This document shows, in pieces, positions 56,148 through 64,000 of a stretch of 64,000 nucleotides of DNA; the first letter of the stretch is position 1, and each line of letters begins with the position of its first letter. The notes under the pieces were generated by a model. That model had not been told where the DNA came from. It ran no database searches and saw nothing but the letters and a program-made list of their open reading frames with translations. Both the position numbers and the translations under genes were made by a program. The stretch is from Zygnema circumcarinatum SAG 698-1b (taxonomy: Eukaryota > Plantae > Zygnematophyceae). Location of the stretch: contig CM074823.1 in NCBI GenBank assembly GCA_037447605.1, forward strand, positions 1,426,001-1,490,000, in the 5' to 3' direction.

Positions 56148-57530
56148 TCACATCCCCATCCAACTCGACAAACTTAACAGTCTTTGCACAGTGCACGGCG
56201 CAAACTTTCTCGCGAACAAAAAGCAGACTGCCAACTCGCCATTCCGCACGCAATTCCGTTTCCTCCTCATCCTCCTGATCAGCCCCCTCGTCACCTGATG
56301 CCGAAAAAACCGCCGGGGATGTACTCCTCCCGCGAAGAAAGCATAGGTGAGCCCCCTGTTGTTGTCCATCTCCGGCGCCAACATGGCCACCATGGTCGCG
56401 AAGTAGTGCTCGTCGGGATAGCACTTGCGCTTGCAAAACTCCCTGAACACATCGTAGTACCGCGTCTCGTTTACGAGCACACGGGTGAGGTCGCGCGTGA
56501 GCTCGAACCACTGCGAGCCCTTCCGCCACTTCTTGATGGGGATGGTCGGGGCCATGCTCATCTTGTAGCGGCCCCTGCCCACGTCGCCGGGGTCATCGTA
56601 CACGCCCAGAAAGCTCTCGTTCGTTCCCATTAGGTAGTCGTAGATGAAGGTGAAGTTAAACAGGGGGATGCAGGTCTCAGACAAGAGGACAAACCTCGCA
56701 TTGGAGGGATCAAAAAGGGCGTTTGCTAACAGTCGGCGCTCAGCATCGACCATTGACATTTTCCCCCATTGCACGTCCTACAAACCCGGGATGAAAGCAC
56801 GGGCAGAGATGTCAACTACTCATAGATTTAGGGTTTTGTAGAGTAAGCGAATCCTCCTCCTCAAAATGAATTGTAGTTTATGGGTTTTTGAGATTATGGT
56901 CGGAGCACTTATATAGTTTTCTCACAATTCCGAATTAGGGTTTAGGTTTCAAGGCTTGACCAACCTTAAGAGGTAGAGGGAAAGACAATAAAGACAGAAA
57001 TAAAAACTCACTTTGCTGGGAATCTGCCTCCTCCTGAACGCCGTGGGAGTCGCATTCTCATAATAAACATAGCCTGGTTTCGAATGAATGTATAACGAAA
57101 ATCTATCCTCATTTCCTCTAAAAAATCGCTCCCAAAAATCCGCCAACGGAATTCTCCCCCTCACAAGGAACATGAAGGCGACCTTTTTGGGCTTCCCCCC
57201 TTCAAGTGTCGTCAAAGAGGCCGTCACTTTCGCAGCGCGATCGAGGAGCTCCACGTCATCCATATTGTGCCACGTGTCACTCCAGGGGTGGTCAGGAATG
57301 AAGACGCCAAGGGTGACATTGCGGGGGAGACGGAGGGCGTCGCGGTCGTTCCGTGCAGTGAACAGCAACGAAACGGACTTGGGATCCTGCACATGGAGCC
57401 CCGTCATGAGGCCCCACACGTAGAACCCCGCGAAGCAGAAGCTGGAGGCCATGAAGGCCAACATTAGGGTCCGGCGATGGATCACAATGGTGCCTTTCAG
57501 CCTCCCGGCCGCGGGGGAGGGTGGGGCCAT
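56148..57530 (-). CDS. Core-2/I-branching beta-1,6-N-acetylglucosaminyltransferase-like (DUF266/GT14-like), paralog A (382 aa)
   Basis: Exons 57530-57012 and 56777-56148. N-terminal TM segment; KVAFMFLVRGRIPLADFWERFF, RRQIPSK|[44 protein letters not shown] and FLFARKF. Confidence 0.93.
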
Positions 57531-57838
57531 GGAGGGAGGGGATGTTGGTAGAAAGGGAAAGAGATAGAAGGGGAGGGGGAGGTAGAAGGGGAGAGGGAGA
57601 GGGAGAGGGGGGGAGGGAGGGAGAGAGGGAGAGCGGGAGAGGGAGAGCGGGAGAGGGAGAAGGGGAGGGAGGGCGGGAGAACACAGAGCGAGCGAGCACT
57701 GGAGAAGCCTGATAGTGGCCAGAGCGGACAGCAAAGTCGTCCGCCGTCCGGCATGTACAGAAGGTACAGTACATGTGTACGGAAGGCACAAGGCGGCTCC
57801 GTACGATATGTACGGTGACAGTCTGTCAAAACCTGAAA

Positions 57839-58892
57839 GGAGAATTCTACTGCACCTCCGCGTTTTGGCTTTCGCACCCCCCTTTTGAAAATTTTGCCTG
57901 CCCGTTTTGGTTATCCCCCCTGTTTTGAATATTTCGGGAGGGAATCTTTTTCCCGCCTCTCCCGCCCGCTCCCCTGTCCTCCCCTCCCCTCCCCTCCCTT
58001 CCCCTCCCCTGCCCTGCCCTCCCTTGCCCTCCCCTCCTCTTCTCTCCTCTTCTCGGTTTGCAATGTCCATCAAAATTTTATCTAAGTCCATTAAGCAACC
58101 ACAACCGCTGAAGTTGGATCATCGTTATCACGACGAGCAATGACAATCAAGGCATTAACAAGTAGGTTGTTTGCAAACGATTCTTCAGCAGCGTTGGTCT
58201 TTGCATCTCAGGTAGATGAACTTTTGGCTGCCGAACTTTTGCAGTTGCAAAACCCCCAACTGGTTATGAAGAAACGAGGTCGACCTACTAGCGCGTGCAA
58301 TTTGGCAATCAACCGGGACAGGAGCCATTTCGAGTACGCTGAGGGGAACAAATGTTAAAATCGCAAGCAACCAAGCCACAACTTAAGATCTTGCCTTAAG
58401 GGGTCTACAATCCTAACCTGAAAACAAAAAGTAACAGTTGCCCAACATTGGTGACCTTTGCAGCTGCGTTTAGTGGTGCGTTTTTGCGCTTAAGCTTAGT
58501 TTAGTTTAGTTTTTTGCTCCTGGTTTTTTTATTTTGTGCTTAGTTCATTTATGACCAATTTCTTGTGGTTCCCATGTTGACTTTGTCCATGTCTATTTGA
58601 TGGCCTCACCATCTTGAGATCAATGCAAATCCCCTTTTCTTTTGTCGCACATTGTTGGAAGTCAGTAGTGAAAAGGAGAAAACGGGGGGGTGGAATGTTC
58701 AAAAAAAGAGGAGGGGAGGGGAGGGGATGGGAGGGGAGGGGAGGACAGGGCAGGGGAGGGGGGGGAGGGGAGGGGCGGGAAAAAGATTTCCTCCCGAAAT
58801 ATTCAAAACAGGGGGGTTAACCAAAACGGGCAGGCAAAATTTTCAAAAGGGGGGTGCGAAAGCCAAAACGCGGGGGTGCAGTTGAATTATCC
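57839..58892. mobile_element. Non-autonomous Mutator-like element, copy 2 (longer internal remnant)
   Basis: Same TIRs and internal core as 30183-31003, plus extra segments translating to ..KKRGRP..RDRSHFE..KC*NRKQPSHNLRSC. No 9-bp TSD found. Confidence 0.85.
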
Positions 58893-59830
58893 GTCACTTA
58901 AACTGTACGAAGCCGTGCGTGTTCGTACAGTTGTACGACATGACATGTGCCGTGTAGTTGCAGTACGGGAACTGGATGGACGATCTGAGTGAGAACTGGC
59001 GAGATATCGCGATACGATATGCCTCCCACTAACGAGGCCCTCGTCGTGGGGCTCTCGAACCATATCGCGATTATCGCGAAATGGCGAAAGAATTGGCATT
59101 GCCCTCACGCGTGTCCATGCCGTGAAGCGCACAATGGAACAACAACAACAACATGGGGAACCGCGAGGAGCCGGAACCTGTCCCGACCTTTTGGTTCCGT
59201 TCACAGTCTGGGAAGGTGGAGAGCCGATAGAGTGTGGCGTGCATTCGGCGTGACGAGCCGTCTCAAGGGACAACAGCAAAATTGAGCATGAAATCATGGA
59301 ATCCCCAAGAACAAGTCTAGCACACCAACCTCCCCTTTTTGATAAAACTACTCCGTTTGACAACAGACTTTAGTCACGAATTTTAATCAGCATGCATTTT
59401 TGTTTTAGAACATGTACAATGGCAGTCGGATGTTTGAGACACCTTCATCCAACCACAAACAGCCATAACTATGCTGCTCTTGTCCAACAAACGTTGCAAA
59501 CTCTACGCAAAAAAAAAAAACAATGGTGTTACAATGGTTCATGCTTTCATGAATTTTGCCAAGATTGCACTTCTATCCCAATAGAAAGGGTGCAATCGGA
59601 TGCATACTTTCCGCCTACTGTAAATCCTACAAATTTGCTGCGTAGTCATAAAACGGTTTTTATAGTAAACCGTCACGTCATATACAGCCGCAAAATATTG
59701 AAGGCTTACTTTATATATGAACTAAAAGACACGTATATTATTTACACCCAAAACGACCGTCCTAATCCCATCTACAGCTTCTGGGCCTTCGTGCGTCTAA
59801 ACGGTAATCTGCGTGGCAGGAGCACACTTG

Positions 59831-61565
59831 TCACGAGCTCATCCAATCAGAGAGATGCAAAAGTTTAGGAAGGGCATCTGGAGCGAATTTTCTCCCAAAC
59901 AAAAAGCAAACGCTCAATTGCCCGTTCCATGTGCAGTTGGTTCGCGCCAACGAGGACCGCATTCTGCGAACCAAAGTTTTCCCGACGTGCTTTGCATGGA
60001 ACATGACCGGATGCGCCTGGTAGCCTCTCCACTCGACATATGTACACTTCCGACAGGAGTCCAAATGGGGCCGCAATATATAGAGCAGAGTGGGAATGTA
60101 ATGCTCGTCGCTGTAACACCTTTGAATGCAAAACTCCTCGAACTTCTTGTAATAGAACGTGTCGCTTATAACAAGGACAGCCAACTCTCGGTTCAACTGA
60201 AACCACTGGGAGCCTTTCCTCCATTGCTTGATCGTCACTTCCGGCGCAAACGCGCTTCTGTACCGTCCCCGGCCGACCCATGTCGGGTTGTCGTAGATTT
60301 CCGTAAAGGTCTGCTCTGTTCCCATGAAGTAGTTGTAGATGAAGGTGAAGTTGTAGAGGGGAACGCAGGACTCCGAAAAAAGCATGAAGCGGACGTTCAA
60401 GGGGTCCAGCAGAGCGTTTGCCAAAAGCCGTCGTTCGGCATCGACAATCGACATCTTACCCCAAAACACGTTCTGACACCACAAAAAAATACTTCATTTC
60501 AATCATTGATATTAATTACTACTACTTGCATGGTATGACCCACTATTTTACTTATCAATTTTCTATAACTCCTTATGTGCGTAGAACATCAATAATACTT
60601 CAGCCCCTCTAGAACAATGGAGAACGCAGTTACAAACGGAGTTGAATACTAGGGTTTTTAAGGATTTAAGATTTTCCGAAAGTGACTCTCATTTTGGCTT
60701 ACGTGAATGCTTGATTTAGATGAAGTTCAAGCACCTCATGTTGAGATAAGCTTCTATTCTTATGATCCCCATCGTGCGCTCTCCTCCCTCCCTCTCCTTC
60801 TCCCGTGTCTCCCGCCCTCACGCTCGTCGTCGGTGTCTCTCTCTCCCTCCCCCTCTCCCTTCCCTACCCCTCCCGCCTGCCGTCCACTCTCCTTCACCCA
60901 TCACCTCCACCACCCCATACCCCACTCCCTCCTTCTTCGCCTCCATTTTCTTCGCTCATTACTCCTCAGCCTGAACTTCCCCTTTCTCCTTTTCCCTTCT
61001 CTCCCTCCCCTCTCCCTCTCCCTCTCCCTCTCTCCTTCCCCCTCTCTCTCACCTTGCTGGGTATTTGCCTCCTCCTGAACGCCTTCGGCGTAGTCGCCTC
61101 ATCGTACACATGTCCCGGACTCGAATGCACGTAAATGGAATATTTACTTTCATGTCCCTCCAGAAATTTAGCCCAAAAATCCGCCAAGGGTAAATCTCCT
61201 CTCACCAGGAATAGCAACGCCAGCTTCCCCTTCCTCCCACTCTCCCGCCCTTCCTCTCCCTCCCGCATTCCCTCTCCCTCCCCCCCCCACCCTCCCTCTT
61301 CCCTCTCCCTCGTTGAAAAATCTATCGCCGCTCTTAGTAGATCCATGTCCTCCATGTCGTGCCACGTGTCACTCACAGGGTGCTCTGCCACGTGGACGGG
61401 CTGCGGGGCCCCGTAGGCAACTACGGGTCTATGTCGGTTATAGTTCGCCGCGTAGCGGAGGAGGAGGAGGAAGGGGACGCTGAAGGTGAGAGCTATGGCG
61501 GTCAGGAGGGCCCTCCCGACCAATGTCGGCTTGACACGTGGCAGATGCTGGAGGAGCTCCGCCAT
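59831..61565 (-). CDS. Core-2/I-branching glycosyltransferase-like, paralog B (384 aa)
   Basis: Exons 61565-61053 and 60472-59831, with the same intron position as paralog [39 protein letters not shown] and [10 protein letters not shown]. Confidence 0.93.
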
Positions 61566-63041
61566 TCCCGGAGCTAGCGAAAGCGGAGGGGGACGCGGAA
61601 CCCCCAGTTCCGAGTGCGCCCGGGGGGGGTGGGGGGAGGGGCGAGTCTCATGTCCAGTTAAGTGTTCATCATGACTACAAGTGTAATTAAGCGTTAAAAC
61701 TGTGACTGGAACTTCCGCCCATGGAGAGACACGCTGTTGTCAAAGTCTCGACAATGTCGCCGCGAGAGACGTGCTCACCGCATGGGGACGATAAATATTT
61801 GTACTTTTATGGATTTTGTGGAAGCCGTACTCCAACTGCCGGTCGTGGAAATGTACGGATCCCCTAAAACGACAAAATGCCAGGCGTCTGTACAAGGCGG
61901 CAGTTACCGTAGTGGACGGGCGGGCGGGCGTGGAGGTTCCATGTCGTAAATAGCCGACATCGCAGAAATTAACGACAGGCGCACTGGATTGCATGTGAGC
62001 CTATCCCGTTTCCCCCCGTCACCCTGACGCCACGTGATTGGCTCTTATAAAGCTGCAATGAGTTTCTTGCGAGCAGCTGTGTGCCGTCAGCGACAAATGC
62101 TATAATACGCGCACATCGCATTGCATTCCGCCAATCAGTCGCTGCCTTCACGCGTAAATGCCGGCAACGTGGGTGCCCGTAGGCTGGGCGGGCAGCTTGT
62201 CGTTTGCGGGCCAATCAGACATATCGCCACACATCGTCGGCGTACTGAAACTGGCCGGCGAAACTTGTCGCCTCGCTGCAACCGTACGGTTCTTCTCAGA
62301 CAATCACGCCGATATGCTGCCGATACGACGATATGCCGCTAGGGAAGGAAACGATAAAGTCGCCCGCCCGCCCGCCCGCCCGCCCGCCCGATGGCCAAAT
62401 CAATGTACTGTACGAAACGCTGGCTGACCAAGTGCTCGTAACGTCCGGGACTCACGACTTAGTGGGACCGGGGCGTGCGCGTAACCTTGTGCGGTGTGCG
62501 CGTATCTCTGAACCCTGTTGTGTGCAGGACTTTGCGCATGCGAGGTTTGGGGTTATCGGGATGGCATGAATGGAAACTCGAAGTCGTGGTAGAAGTGAAA
62601 TTTCAAGCTCTTCCCGCATGGCTGAAACCTTGAACAATTATCGATGCGCCGTGCGTGCCTGCATGGATGCATGAATGCATGGGTGCATGAATGCATGCAT
62701 GCATGCTGAGTACTGTATAACCATACATCCGATCGTTCGCTCGCGTGTGCTGAGTCCCGGCCCAACCGCGACTCGCGACTGTCCTCCTGCCGACCACCTC
62801 CTCGCGGATGTCCGGATTGGCCGCCGGTCGGGAAAGGCCCCCGTCCTCAACATCTGCGCTTTCCGGCGTTACGGCATTCAACGACGGTTGGAACAATAGA
62901 GAAAGTGGGGAGAGATATATGTATGCGCACAAAAAGACTCACTGTGAGATAGAGAGAGAGAGGGAGGGAGAGAGAGGGGGAGCGAGAGAGAGACAGGGAG
63001 AGAGTGAGGGGGAGCGAGAGAGAGACAGGGAGAGAGTGAGG

Positions 63042-63081
<40 letters not shown>

Positions 63082-63466
63082 TAAGAGACAAGAGATAGAG
63101 ATTCGATTGGCATACTTCATGATTTAGGCGTGATGCATGATGCATAAATTTGTGATGTCTGATGCATGGCATGATGCATGGTGATACATGACCATGGTAA
63201 AACAAAGGAAAAAGGAAGCCAATCCTCCACAACACATGCCGAATTCGAAATCATTTACACTTGGAGTCCCACACCGCCCCTGCCTGCCTCTATCTACAGC
63301 CCCCCTCCGCCCAACGCCTCTGAACCCAACCTTCTCTACTGAACCCTGCGGACAAAGTTGTTTTCTTCAATCCTTGAACCCTAAATTATGGCCGGAATTG
63401 AATCCTAACATTTCAAAAAACATGAGCAAGGCCGTACGTTGACGCCTCCCTTATAGTCTTCCTCTC

Positions 63467-63500
<34 letters not shown>

Positions 63501-63527
63501 GCCCTTTCTCATAACACAGATCCGCGT

Positions 63528-63645
63528 CTACTCCTCTTTGAAGGTGACGGGAAAGTCTTCTCTGAACCACGTCGACAACCCTCCGTCCAAATGCAACACA
63601 TTTTTGAAGCCCTCCGTCGACAGAATGTATGCGGCAATAAGGGAC
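63528..63645 (-). CDS. Last exon of a rhodanese-like (STR14-type) protein; the rest lies beyond the window
   Basis: After acceptor TTTTTCAG: (R)SLIAAYILSTEGFKNVLHLDGGLSTWFREDFPVTFKEE*, matching the recalled plant rhodanese C-terminus. Confidence 0.8.
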
Positions 63646-64000
63646 CTGAAAAACACAGAAATCGACATAACGCTGAATTTATACAAACGTGACATAAAAG
63701 GGTAAGGGATTTTGCGGATTCAGAAACTAAAAGTGTAGGGTTTTATGGGGCTTCTAGGGTTCAGACAGAGCGATAAACACTGCTTCCTGCATTTCAACTG
63801 TGAGAGATGGTGAGGCAGAGTGCGAGAGAGAGTGAGAGGGTGAGAGGGGGGAGCGGGAGGGGAAGGGGGAGAGGGATGGGGGGACAGAGGTTGGGAGAGA
63901 GAGAGAAGAGGACAGAAAAAAAACGAGGAAAGAAATACGTCCAAAAACCCTGAAAATCTTCAAACTGTGGACCCTTCTGAACCATTTAAAAGGGCGAAAT

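Noticed and set aside
61700-63450. Short ORFs between core-2 B and the rhodanese exon
   Set aside because: No coding signature; contains CCAAT, (GCCC)n, GTAC and SSR elements typical of promoter and UTR sequence.

Overview
Eukaryotic nuclear DNA: intron-rich and saturated with GA/CT simple repeats. Gene content is land-plant-like, so a streptophyte green alga (Zygnematophyceae-like) is likely; this is inference. Hand-spliced GT-AG models give 13 protein genes: stromal processing peptidase (5'-partial), two RGG-tailed ALBA paralogs, a secreted PAN/Apple plus root-cap-domain protein, a nodulin-like MFS transporter, a PLAC8 protein, a DUF4787-like protein, an NYN plus OST-HTH/LOTUS endoribonuclease, a TCP11-family protein, an SGNH/PC-esterase-like protein, two tandem core-2/I-branching glycosyltransferases, and the last exon of a rhodanese. 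Non-coding content includes two Mutator-like deletion derivatives, a MITE, telomere-type arrays and several intronic satellites. There are three 10-N gaps, one flanked by a probable 1.19-kb assembly overlap. The most unusual signals are a 95-unit decamer array built from the TCP11 5' splice-site sequence, a telomere-plus-satellite block abutting a splice acceptor, GTAC-dyad clusters at promoters (next to both MULEs), and microsatellite DNA recruited as a signal peptide. Most ORF-track entries are repeat artefacts. Family calls come from remembered sequence similarity, not database searches.
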